Shown here: positions 37,823 through 46,930 of the stretch, piece after piece
Position numbering within the stretch: position 1 is the first letter of the stretch
Layout of the letters: each line of letters starts with the position of its first letter
Source: Candidatus Woesebacteria bacterium
GTDB lineage: Bacteria > Patescibacteriota > Microgenomatia > UBA8517
DNA length: 64,000 bases
Assembly (NCBI GenBank): GCA_016432365.1
Contig: CP066686.1
Coordinates: 874,918 to 938,917 of the forward strand
Direction: 5' to 3'
The notes under the pieces: generated by a model
Told to the model about the DNA's origin: nothing
The model's input: the letters and a program-made list of their open reading frames with translations, nothing else
Databases searched by the model: none
Position numbers and translations under genes: made by a program

Positions 37823-39432
37823 TGGGTAGTAGAAAGTCCAGCAAAATAATAATCAAATATCTTTCGGGCAACCGGCCCCGCCACTTGCGACCCTTGTCCA
37901 CCTTTTTCAAACAGTATTGTTGCAACAATCTGGGGTTTGTCTATCGGAGAAAAAACAGTAAACCAAGCATGAGGATTTCCATCTGCCGACACTTCAGCTG
38001 TTCCAGTCTTACAAGCAACCGTCTGTCCACCATGTTTGGACGGAAAATCAAAAAATGTATAGGCTGTACCACCTTCACTACAAGCCTCTTTCATACCGGC
38101 TTTTACCAAATCCAGGTTTTGCTTATCAATCCCAATGCCTCGACATTTATTATTTAGATCTGCTAAAAAATGGGGAGTACAAATCGTTCCCCCGTCGGCT
38201 ATTGCAGAAATATAAGTGTTAATTTCAATTGGTGTAACAGCAACATCACCCTGCCCGATCGCCATATTGTAGGTGTTACCAAGAAACCAAGCTTCTTTTT
38301 TAACTTTTTGCTTCCACTCGGGGGTGGGAATTAAACCAACGGTTTCCCCGGGCAAATCGATTCCTGTGCGTTTGTTGAGTCCAAAAGTATCTGCCCATTT
38401 GGCTAAATTGTTAGCACCTATCATTTCCCCAATTTTGTAAAAAAAGGTATCTGTTGAACGAGCAATTGCGCGCGTTAAGTCAACCTCTCCTTCCGTGCGA
38501 CCGTACTCAACAAAGTACCAATTTCTGTAAGTAAATCCACTAACAGTAACTGAACCTGTGTCGTTGTATCTGAAATTTTTATCAATAACATTTTCCTGTA
38601 AGGCGGCGATTGCCGTAGCTGGTTTAAAAACACTTCCTGGATGAAATGTTCCACTTATTACTCTATTAAAAAGCGGCAAATTCTGATCGGTTAATGACGG
38701 TGCAACATTGTCGGGATCAAAAGAAGGCGAAGAATAAAAAGCCAATATTTGCCCCCCCGGATCAGTAACAATTGCAGCCCCCTTTTTATTATCCATCTCA
38801 CTTGCCACTTCAGCCTGTAAACCAAAATCGATTGTTGTGTTGATATCCTGACCGGGAATTGGAATACGTTTTCCGAGCGATCTGATTTTAGCCCCTTGAG
38901 TATTAACCTCAATGAGTTCTTCGCCCGGTATTCCCAATAATCTACACTGATATTCCTCTTCCAACCCCGTCCTGCCGACTAGAGTGCCGCTAACAACCGG
39001 CCCCTTTTCCGGACACTCAGGATTAATCTTGCCAACCTCAGTGTCTCCCGCCTTTGTCAGATATCCAATGGCGTGAGCCGCTTTAGTCCCCAAAGGATAA
39101 TATCTTTTATAGTCGGAGACGACTTCCTCAGACGACGCCTCCGTTAAATCGTCCGTAATTTCAAACCCGCCATTTTTTATAAATTTAACTCTTTTCTTTG
39201 TCTCGAAATTTCCCGCCAAAACTTCACCGCTTCTGGCGATTATTTTTCCACGGGGAGCAGGAATCGGAATGTGACGGATTCTATTTTCTTCGGATAACTT
39301 ACGGTAATAATCGCCTTTGATGATTTGAACTTCAATAAGTTTTGCAAAAAGAATGAGAAAAACGACAATCAAAAGCCCCCTCAAAAACCATGAAAGCCAG
39401 GACTGAGTATTCTGTGAAGCTAGTGAATTCAT
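37819..39432 (-). CDS. mrdA: penicillin-binding protein 2 (peptidoglycan D,D-transpeptidase)
   Basis: N-terminal TM helix, dimerisation domain, transpeptidase SVFKP (SxxK), SGT/KTGT motifs. Adjacent to mreB. Confidence 0.8.
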   Translation of the reverse strand: MNSLASQNTQSWLSWFLRGLLIVVFLILFAKLIEVQIIKGDYYRKLSEENRIRHIPIPAPRGKIIARSGEVLAGNFETKKRVKFIKNGGFEITDDLTEASSEEVVSDYKRYYPLGTKAAHAIGYLTKAGDTEVGKINPECPEKGPVVSGTLVGRTGLEEEYQCRLLGIPGEELIEVNTQGAKIRSLGKRIPIPGQDINTTIDFGLQAEVASEMDNKKGAAIVTDPGGQILAFYSSPSFDPDNVAPSLTDQNLPLFNRVISGTFHPGSVFKPATAIAALQENVIDKNFRYNDTGSVTVSGFTYRNWYFVEYGRTEGEVDLTRAIARSTDTFFYKIGEMIGANNLAKWADTFGLNKRTGIDLPGETVGLIPTPEWKQKVKKEAWFLGNTYNMAIGQGDVAVTPIEINTYISAIADGGTICTPHFLADLNNKCRGIGIDKQNLDLVKAGMKEACSEGGTAYTFFDFPSKHGGQTVACKTGTAEVSADGNPHAWFTVFSPIDKPQIVATILFEKGGQGSQVAGPVARKIFDYYFAGLSTTQ

Positions 39433-39486
39433 GTCTACAATATAGTGTTTCTGGTCGAGAGTTTCCAGTAACCAGTTTTTAGTAAA

Positions 39487-40554
39487 TCAAAGGCCTTTGG
39501 TTATTCGTATCTTTTTCAAAAGTCCGTTGTCTTCTAAACACACACCGCATCCCCGGACTACACAAGTTAGTGGGTCTTCAGCTACCCAAACAGGCATCTT
39601 TGTTGCTTCGGAAATTACTTTGTCAATTCCGCCGATAAGTGACCCGCCACCTGCAAGCGTTATCCCTTTTTCCATAATATCGCTGGTCAGCTCCGGCGGA
39701 GTTTCTTCCAAAGTGTCAACAATATTTGCAACTATTTCCTGAATGATTGTAGAGAGAGCTTCCTGAATTTCGCTACTCGTGAGTTTAACCGATTTGGGTA
39801 GCCCTGTTTCCAAATCCCGCCCGCGGACAACCGTAAATTTGTCTTTTGCCGGGATGACAGACCCAATCCCGATTTTAACCGCCTCCGCAGTTGGTTGACC
39901 CAAAAGAAGAGAGTATTTAAGTCTGACATAATTTATTATCGCCTCATCCATTTCATCTCCGGCAACACGGACGCTCCTCCCGATAACTATTCCACCAAGT
40001 GAAATTACTGCTATTTCGCTAGTCCCGCCACCAATATCAACAATAAAATTTCCCTCAGGTCCTTCTATTGGCAATTTCGCTCCGATTGCAGCAGCTAAAG
40101 GCTCTTCTATTAGATGAGCTTCCCTGGCACCGGCATCAAGGGCGGCATCTGCCACAGCCCGTCTTTCCACATCGGTTACCCCGGACGGAATTCCGATGAT
40201 AACTCTTGGACGCGGGATTTTTGGCATAATCGTTCCCGATTCATGAACTTTTTGAATATAATGCTTAAGCATTGCAGCTGTTGCATCAAAATCTGCAATG
40301 ACCCCGTCCCTGAGAGGCCTAATTGTTTCGATTGTCGCAGGCGCTCTTCCGTACATTTTTTTGGCGCTTGTTCCGATTGCCAAAATTTCCTTAGTTTTTT
40401 TATGACGAGCCACAGCCGAGGGTTCGCGTATTACTATTCCTTTTCCGCGGACATAAACCAGAGTGTTGGCAGTTCCCAAATCAATACCGATATCGTGCGA
40501 GAAAAGCCCTAAGAAACGGTCTATCGGATTTACAAATTTAACAAAATTTCGCAT
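39487..40554 (-). CDS. mreB: rod shape-determining protein MreB
   Basis: DIGIDLGTANTLVYV phosphate-1 motif and actin-like fold motifs. Start set at the internal Met (MRNFVKF). Confidence 0.9.
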   Translation of the reverse strand: MRNFVKFVNPIDRFLGLFSHDIGIDLGTANTLVYVRGKGIVIREPSAVARHKKTKEILAIGTSAKKMYGRAPATIETIRPLRDGVIADFDATAAMLKHYIQKVHESGTIMPKIPRPRVIIGIPSGVTDVERRAVADAALDAGAREAHLIEEPLAAAIGAKLPIEGPEGNFIVDIGGGTSEIAVISLGGIVIGRSVRVAGDEMDEAIINYVRLKYSLLLGQPTAEAVKIGIGSVIPAKDKFTVVRGRDLETGLPKSVKLTSSEIQEALSTIIQEIVANIVDTLEETPPELTSDIMEKGITLAGGGSLIGGIDKVISEATKMPVWVAEDPLTCVVRGCGVCLEDNGLLKKIRITKGL

Positions 40555-40722
40555 AGCAACGCAGTATATCCAGTCAGGCAAAATATTCAAATAGTCAAAT
40601 TACAAATTTGTAAATATCTGAAAAACCCAGCAATCTTTACTTATAAGTGGTAGTAGTGATACTATTCAACCTCGTTATCTCGCATCGAATTCAAATTTCA
40701 ATCGTCACAAAAGGAGGACGAA

Positions 40723-41004
40723 ATGACCTACCCACTTTATTTGCGCACACTCGCATGGATGATGGGAGACGATGATTTGGTAAAAATCATAGACGGTGAG
40801 CCCGCCGATTTACCCAATCTGACAGGCCAGGAACTCGCCCGCGCGCTTGGGTTAAAAGCAGACAAACCCGAAGATATCGACTGGACCGAGTTCGCAAATG
40901 CCTGCCTGAATGCGCAGTTCAACCCGTTGGTAATCGCCTTGCCGGAAAAGCAACGGTTGCAGGTGCTTCGTACCGCCGCCGACCTTCTGTCACACATCTG
41001 GTGA
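40723..41004 (+). CDS. hypothetical protein, GC-rich ORF (93 aa)
   Basis: About 52% GC by eye against a background of about 38-40%. No motif. Confidence 0.3.
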   Translation: MTYPLYLRTLAWMMGDDDLVKIIDGEPADLPNLTGQELARALGLKADKPEDIDWTEFANACLNAQFNPLVIALPEKQRLQVLRTAADLLSHIW

Positions 41005-41105
41005 GCCAACCGGAAAAACCCTCCCAACCAATATTTATGCTTTTAAAAGCGTTGATATCTGGTTCGGAGGGTTTAATTTTGCCAAAAATCGGTTAGAATA
41101 TCTAA

Positions 41106-43235
41106 ATGGACAAGCTTCAAAAAACAATTTTCGTCTTTTTTGCAATTCTTTTTTTCTTCGTTCCTTTAGTTTTATGGCCGTATACATCTGAGGTTTTTGA
41201 ATTCAACAAAATAGTTTTGGTATACGGATTAACCGTATTAATTACCGGCACCTGGGTAATCCGGATGATTCTGGAAAGAAAAATTATCTTTCGTCGCACA
41301 ATATTAGATATTCCGCTTTTAGTTTTTTTTGCTTCGCAGTTAATTTCGACCCTCCTCTCGATAGATCCATCGACATCATGGTTCGGATATTATTCAAGAT
41401 TTAACGGCGGACTATTGTCTACTATTTCCTATACCCTACTTTACTGGACATTTGTAAGTAATTTAGACCGAAAGCATACCCTACGTATTCTATATACCGT
41501 TCTGTGTTCTGCCGCTATCGTTTCAATATATGGTGTATTAGAACACTGGGGCATTGACAAAGCTCTCTGGGTACAAGATGTTAAGTCCCGTGTCTTTTCC
41601 ACTCTTGGACAGCCAAATTGGCTGGCGGCATATGTCGTAGCGCTCCTGCCCATCACTTGGGCACTCGCGCTAGAAAAATCTCAAATCTCAAATCCGAAAT
41701 CACAAACAAATTCTAAATTCTTAATATATTTCTCGCTTTCGGTTTTGTTTTTCTGGACATTAATTTTTACAAAGTCTCGTTCTGGTCTTTTAGGCCTTGG
41801 GGTTGCTTTCATAATATTTTGGGCTGGATACTTTTGGATTAACCGATTAAAAATTAAAAATATTATGTTTCCGTTTGCAATTATTACTTCTTCATTATTA
41901 ATTATTTGTTTAATCTCCGGCACCCAGTTCACTCCAAGTATTTCCGACCTATTAAACAAATCAAGGATGGCTTTGCCCTCCAAAGCTTTAGCGTCGGAGG
42001 GTCCAGCTCTTGAGGTTGGTGGAACTGAATCCGGCACTATACGTAAAATCGTTTGGACAGGGGCTGTCGAGGTCTGGAAACACTATCCAATTTTTGGGAC
42101 AGGGGTAGAAACATTTGCTTTTTCATACTATCAATATAGACCTGTTGAACACAACTTAGTTTCCGAATGGGATTTTATTTACAACAAAGCACACAACGAA
42201 TATCTTAACATTGCAGCCAATAGCGGATCGTTTGGTTTATTAAGCTATCTTATTTTGATAGGATTTTCAATTTATCAAACATCGCAAGTCAAAAATCAAA
42301 ATTTAGAAGTCAAAAATACAAGTAAAAATTCAAAAATAGAAAGCCAAAACTTTTCACTTTTGAATTGTAATTTTGACTTTTGCCTTTTGAATTTTGCATT
42401 ATTGGCAGGTTATGCAAGTCTCCTAATAACTAATTTTTTTGGCTTTTCGGTCGTTCCAACTCAACTTCAATTATTTTTATTTCCGGCGATAGCTGTGATA
42501 TTAAGTACTAATGAAGAATTAAGAATTAAGAATGAAAAATTTGGGACGCGAACAAATTTTCAAAAACTTGGCTACGTCTCAGTCATATTTCTTATTTCTT
42601 ATTTCTTATTTCTTATTTCTCGCTATTGGTACGCCGACACTCAATATGCTTTGGGTAAGGCATATAACGGCATTCAGAGACAAGACGTTGCCGCGAATTA
42701 TTTAATCCAAGCAGTTAACATTGAGCCCTGGCAACCGCTTTATCACAGCGAGTTGGCAAATTCATACGCGGCCATAGCTTTGGCCCTATACAACCAAAAA
42801 GACGCAGAAAATTCAAAGAAGTATACGGAGCTTGCAATTAGCGAATCCGACAGGTCTATCAACCTTTCTTCTTCTCTGAATTTAAAAAGGTCCCGTTTTG
42901 GCGTTTTTGTAGTACTTTCGACAACAAATCCAGATTACCTCCGTGCCGCCCAAGAAACATTGATTGGTGCCATAACACTTGCCCCAACCGATGCTAAACT
43001 TTATTACAATTTAGCCTTAACCTACGCAAGAACAAACCAACCCGACCGCGCGATGGAGGTTTTAATTAATACAATCGGTTTAAAAGCAAATTACAGGGAT
43101 GCAAGGCTGGCATATGCGTACCTTTTAATGGAGAAGAAAGAATACTCCGAGGCCAAAACTCAGCTCACTTACATTCTTAAATATATCGATCCGAACGACC
43201 CACTCGCCAAACAGGCGCTTGAGGGTATAAAATAA
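41106..43235 (+). CDS. O-antigen ligase (Wzy_C) family membrane protein fused to C-terminal TPR repeats
   Basis: Ten or more TM helices in the first about 390 aa, a low-complexity insert (QNLEVKNTSKNSKIESQNF...) and C-terminal TPR-like repeats (ALGKAYNGIQRQDVAANYLIQAV...). Confidence 0.6.
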   Translation: MDKLQKTIFVFFAILFFFVPLVLWPYTSEVFEFNKIVLVYGLTVLITGTWVIRMILERKIIFRRTILDIPLLVFFASQLISTLLSIDPSTSWFGYYSRFNGGLLSTISYTLLYWTFVSNLDRKHTLRILYTVLCSAAIVSIYGVLEHWGIDKALWVQDVKSRVFSTLGQPNWLAAYVVALLPITWALALEKSQISNPKSQTNSKFLIYFSLSVLFFWTLIFTKSRSGLLGLGVAFIIFWAGYFWINRLKIKNIMFPFAIITSSLLIICLISGTQFTPSISDLLNKSRMALPSKALASEGPALEVGGTESGTIRKIVWTGAVEVWKHYPIFGTGVETFAFSYYQYRPVEHNLVSEWDFIYNKAHNEYLNIAANSGSFGLLSYLILIGFSIYQTSQVKNQNLEVKNTSKNSKIESQNFSLLNCNFDFCLLNFALLAGYASLLITNFFGFSVVPTQLQLFLFPAIAVILSTNEELRIKNEKFGTRTNFQKLGYVSVIFLISYFLFLISRYWYADTQYALGKAYNGIQRQDVAANYLIQAVNIEPWQPLYHSELANSYAAIALALYNQKDAENSKKYTELAISESDRSINLSSSLNLKRSRFGVFVVLSTTNPDYLRAAQETLIGAITLAPTDAKLYYNLALTYARTNQPDRAMEVLINTIGLKANYRDARLAYAYLLMEKKEYSEAKTQLTYILKYIDPNDPLAKQALEGIK
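42285..42395. repeat. interspersed repeat, family B, copy 2, in-frame inside CDS 41106..43235
   Basis: gaagtcaaaaatac...cttttgaattgtaattttgacttttgccttttgaattttgc. The same family as 19311..19380, with a roughly 40-bp internal expansion. Confidence 0.6.
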
Positions 43236-43335
43236 ATCAGCCACATCAGAAAAGTTCAGAGATGTCAGAGGGGCTTGCCGGCAGGAATTCATCCAAATTA
43301 TTCTGATTTATCCGACCCTCTGGTATAATTCGTGT

Positions 43336-43881
43336 ATGATCAGAAAAATAGTTCAGTCCGGCGACCCGATTTTAAGACGAAAATCCAAAAACATTGCCAA
43401 GGTGGACAAAAAGGTTTTGGATATAATTAAGGACCTTAAAGATACTCTAAAAATTCAAAAGGAGCCGGAGGGCGTAGGACTTGCGGCCCCACAAATTGGG
43501 AAAAATCTAAATATTTTTATTGCGGATTACAAAAATTTTCAAAGGGTGGTAATAAACCCTGAAATACTAAAAATGAGCGAAAAGCAACCCCGCTCCGCCA
43601 AGGCTACGCGGGGCAAGAAAACTAATAAGGAAATACTTGAAGGCTGTTTATCGCTTCCCTATTATTACGGACCACTAAAACGGGCAGATAAAATTACAGT
43701 TAAATATCTAAACGAAAAGGGAGTAGAAATTACAGAAGATTTCGAAGGTTTTGACGCTCAAATAATCCTTCATGAAATTGACCATCTTAACGGCACCCTG
43801 TTCATCGACAGGCTTTTTGAAGAAAAAAAACCCTTGTATAAAGTTGATGGAGATGAATGGGAGGAGATAGAACTCGTATGA
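43336..43881 (+). CDS. def: peptide deformylase
   Basis: GVGLAAPQIG, EGCLS, HEIDHLNG motifs. Confidence 0.9.
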   Translation: MIRKIVQSGDPILRRKSKNIAKVDKKVLDIIKDLKDTLKIQKEPEGVGLAAPQIGKNLNIFIADYKNFQRVVINPEILKMSEKQPRSAKATRGKKTNKEILEGCLSLPYYYGPLKRADKITVKYLNEKGVEITEDFEGFDAQIILHEIDHLNGTLFIDRLFEEKKPLYKVDGDEWEEIELV

Positions 43882-44726
43882 AAATAGTTTTCTTTGGCAC
43901 ACCGGATTATGTTCTGCCTGTTCTCACCACCCTTCACAAAAAATTTGTGTCCGGCCCCGGAAAGTCTCCAATTGTTGCTGTAGTGACCCAAAGTCCCAAA
44001 CCAACCGGCAGAAAACAATATCTAACATATTCTCCCGTAGACAAATGGGCCCACGAACGTAAAGTTTTTACACATTATTCGGCCGAAGAACTAATTGATG
44101 CCAATCTTGATATGGAAGTTGGAATTTTGGCTTCCTACGGAGAAATCATCAAAAAGGAAGTAATAGACCTGTTTCCTAAGGGAATACTAGTAATCCATCC
44201 GTCTCTTTTGCCAGCATATAGAGGCGCTTCCCCAATTCAAGCGGCAATCGCAAACGGAGACACTCAAACCGGCGTTACTATATTCAAGATGGATGAAAAA
44301 GTGGACCACGGCCCGATAATTACTCAGTTTAAAGAAGAAGTCCTTCCTGATGATACATTTGAAACTCTTCGAACAAGACTTTTTGAGAGGTCGGCAGAGG
44401 TTTTGACCGAAATGATCGAGCCCTATCTTAAAGGGAAAATTACTCCCAAAACTCAAGATGAAACTGATGCCACATATACCAAAATTGTAAAAAGAGAAGA
44501 TGGATTTATAGATCTCAAAAAAGACAGTCCGGAAAAAATTGAGAGACTATCCAGGGCAATGTATCCCTGGCCCGGTATCTGGACTTATTTGCCTAACGAA
44601 AAACGTCTAAAAATTCTTAAATGCCACCTCGAAAATGGTAAGTTGATTCTTGATGAAGTCCAGTTGGAGGGCAAAAATCCTGTCAGTTGGAAACAATTCG
44701 AAGAAGCCTACAAGGCAGAACTCTAA
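43878..44726 (+). CDS. fmt: methionyl-tRNA formyltransferase
   Basis: MKIVFFGTPDY N-terminus; formyltransferase HPSLLPAYRG...; C-terminal domain. 4-nt overlap with def. Confidence 0.85.
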   Translation: MKIVFFGTPDYVLPVLTTLHKKFVSGPGKSPIVAVVTQSPKPTGRKQYLTYSPVDKWAHERKVFTHYSAEELIDANLDMEVGILASYGEIIKKEVIDLFPKGILVIHPSLLPAYRGASPIQAAIANGDTQTGVTIFKMDEKVDHGPIITQFKEEVLPDDTFETLRTRLFERSAEVLTEMIEPYLKGKITPKTQDETDATYTKIVKREDGFIDLKKDSPEKIERLSRAMYPWPGIWTYLPNEKRLKILKCHLENGKLILDEVQLEGKNPVSWKQFEEAYKAEL

Positions 44727-45272
44727 TTAATTTTGATTGACCAAACTCTGAAGTTGATCCAATACTTCCCCCAATATTGGACCATGAGTTGTTGCCAATT
44801 TATCACTCGAACTAAAATATCTCACTAAAAAAGCTTTCCATGAGGGACCAGATTTAGAAACCATATCCACACCCCATCCAAAAGCATTATAACGCTCCTC
44901 GAACCACTCTTTGGCCCCAGACTCGTCGGGTACCGACATGCCGACAGTTGGATCATTTATGTCAAACCTTTGCCCAACAATCTTCGCTCCCTTAATCCTC
45001 GCCGCATAGTTACTTTTCTCTTCGTCGTCAATCAAAGTTTGTACCTCCAAAATCAAAGATTCCCCGATAGACCCATTCGCCAGCAAAACTTCCAATTTTG
45101 ACTTACCGGTTTGCGAGTGAAATAAAACCGATTTTAAATAACCCTCTGAACTAATCAGTGCAAAAATCGCTTCAGCTTGTGAAATTTGCTCTTCTGTTGG
45201 TGTGTTCTCCTGAGCTTCAGATTTCACCTTAGTTAGTATAGAGTCTACAAGTTGCTGATGTGTTTCTTTCAT
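44727..45272 (-). CDS. hypothetical protein (181 aa)
   Basis: ORF only. Confidence 0.3.
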   Translation of the reverse strand: MKETHQQLVDSILTKVKSEAQENTPTEEQISQAEAIFALISSEGYLKSVLFHSQTGKSKLEVLLANGSIGESLILEVQTLIDDEEKSNYAARIKGAKIVGQRFDINDPTVGMSVPDESGAKEWFEERYNAFGWGVDMVSKSGPSWKAFLVRYFSSSDKLATTHGPILGEVLDQLQSLVNQN

Positions 45273-45352
45273 GCGGCAATTCTACTACTACCTATAGGCT
45301 ATGTCAAACATAAGAAATTGTAGCAAATCAGTCTCAATCCGCCAAATTATCG

Positions 45353-45613
45353 TCAAATACTTGCAGAGATAGAAGTCGAACGCTTTGGAGCTAATTTACC
45401 GACATTCTTAAATTTACTAATACAGTCGGTACAAAGCTTCATTTGAGACTTTTTGCCATTGACCATAACAGCTATCTTTTGGAGATTGGGTTTAAATTTT
45501 CTAAGTGTTACCTCTGCCCTCTTTTTCCAACGTTTACCGGCAACCCCTCTGTGATGAGAGCTGGTTCTGCCTGAAACCGTTCCTTTTCCGCAATTGTCGC
45601 AAATATATGCCAT
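45353..45613 (-). CDS. rpmB: 50S ribosomal protein L28 (zinc-ribbon form)
   Basis: CDNCGKG...GRTSSHHRG..KR.....LRKFKPNLQK; second Cys pair CTDC. Confidence 0.75.
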   Translation of the reverse strand: MAYICDNCGKGTVSGRTSSHHRGVAGKRWKKRAEVTLRKFKPNLQKIAVMVNGKKSQMKLCTDCISKFKNVGKLAPKRSTSISASI

Positions 45614-45683
45614 AAATTTAGTAGCTAGCAACTAGTGACTAGTAGCTAGGGATGAATTATACTATCAAAGACATATAAATTCA

Positions 45684-46325
45684 ATGGAAATATTATTAAT
45701 CATACTTGGAATTGCCGGACTGGCATACACAATAATTATCCACGAGGTCGCTCACGGTTGGATGGCTAACTACCTAGGCGATCCAACAGCACGGATATCG
45801 GGTAGATTAACCCTTAACCCAATTCCACACATTGACCCATTGGGAACTATAATTGTTCCGCTTCTAATGTATTTTTCCCCAGCCCACTTCGTTTTTGGGT
45901 GGGCAAAACCGGTACCCATTGACCCTTACAACCTTAAAAATCCAAAAAAGGATACTTTGCTCATTTCGCTGGCAGGACCTCTTTCCAATATGGTCTTAGC
46001 TTTGGTGTTAGCCGTCATTTTTTGGTTAATACCAATGCCTCAAATAATGGCAGATCTGGTAAAAACTATGGTTGGACTTAACGTAAGCTTGGCGGTTTTT
46101 AATTTGATTCCGATTTCCCCACTCGACGGAGAAAAAATACTTGTCGGGCTTTTACCCCACAAGGAAGCCAGAGAATTTGAATATTTTATGAGTAAATTCG
46201 GAATGATTTTACTGGCATTCTTAATATTTCCGATTTTTGGAGGTGTCTCCCTAATATCTCCGATTTTGTTCCCAATAATCAATTTTATATTGAATCTTCT
46301 AATACCAGGTTTCCCACGGTATTAA
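45684..46325 (+). CDS. site-2 protease family (M50) zinc metalloprotease
   Basis: HEVAHG zinc motif in TM1; multi-TM; LDGEK motif. Confidence 0.7.
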   Translation: MEILLIILGIAGLAYTIIIHEVAHGWMANYLGDPTARISGRLTLNPIPHIDPLGTIIVPLLMYFSPAHFVFGWAKPVPIDPYNLKNPKKDTLLISLAGPLSNMVLALVLAVIFWLIPMPQIMADLVKTMVGLNVSLAVFNLIPISPLDGEKILVGLLPHKEAREFEYFMSKFGMILLAFLIFPIFGGVSLISPILFPIINFILNLLIPGFPRY

Positions 46326-46644
46326 CTTTTTCATTTTTCACATTGACTTACGTGGTACAATTATATTGACCCTGTTAAAGAAGGATACGGTCGGAATTTC
46401 CTGATCAAGTATATTCTAAAATGGGAGGACGGAGTCCGTTAAGTAATGCGCAAGCTAGCTTAATGGCAGTTCACCCACCTGGTTTTTCCAGGAATATCGC
46501 CGTACTTTTGATAATGGGGTCATTTTTTGGCAAAAAACAGCTTCAATTTCTGATATAATTGGTTTTGATCCAAAATTGCTTGGCAATTTTGAGAGTGGAA
46601 GTTTCGACAGGCCGGGATAAGCGTAGCTTGTCCCCGCACTGCGT

Positions 46645-46716
46645 GCCGGGATAGCTCAACGGTGGAGCAACGCTTTTGTAAAGCGAAGGTTGAAGGTTCA
46701 AATCCTTTTCCCGGCT
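46645..46716 (+). tRNA. tRNA-Thr (anticodon TGT)
   Basis: Cloverleaf by hand: acceptor GCCGGGA/TCCCGGC, D-stem GCTC/GAGC, anticodon loop TTTGTAA, T-arm GAAGG-TTCAAAT-CCTTT. No CCA encoded. Confidence 0.8.
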
Positions 46717-46772
46717 CATAACAGTTCGCCGGTCGGATTTGATAGTGCCAAGATTGGTAGAGGCTTTGCACA

Positions 46773-46791
46773 CAAATCCTTTTCCCGGCTC
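46773..46791 (+). repeat. exact 19-nt duplicate of the tRNA-Thr(TGT) T-loop/3' acceptor end (caaatccttttcccggctc)
   Basis: Identical to 46699..46717 and lies 56 bp downstream of the tRNA. att-site-like footprint. Confidence 0.6.
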
Positions 46792-46839
46792 CCTAAACAC
46801 ACCTTTTTGGTGTACGATTAGCGCGTTGTATTAAAACAC

Positions 46840-46924
46840 GCTGAGGTGGCGGAGCGGTCAATCGCATCAGACTGTAAATCTGACGGCCGGAAGGCCTACA
46901 TAGGTTCGAATCCTGTCCTCAGCA
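46840..46924 (+). tRNA. tRNA-Tyr (anticodon GTA), class II with long variable arm
   Basis: Acceptor GCTGAGG/CCTCAGC, anticodon loop CTGTAAA, long variable arm, T-arm GGTTCGAATCC. Confidence 0.8.
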
Positions 46925-46930
46925 CATTTG

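Noticed and set aside
43236-43335. Possible terminator hairpin after the O-antigen-ligase gene (ggggcttgccggcagg)
   Set aside because: The stem is short and imperfect with no convincing T-run, so it is not reported as a feature.
46520-46800. ORFs 46520..46771 (-) and 46543..46800 (-) as protein-coding genes
   Set aside because: They lie entirely over tRNA-Thr(TGT) and its flanks, so they are artefacts of the six-frame track. The same applies to 47894..48124 (+), which reads through tRNA-Thr(GGT).
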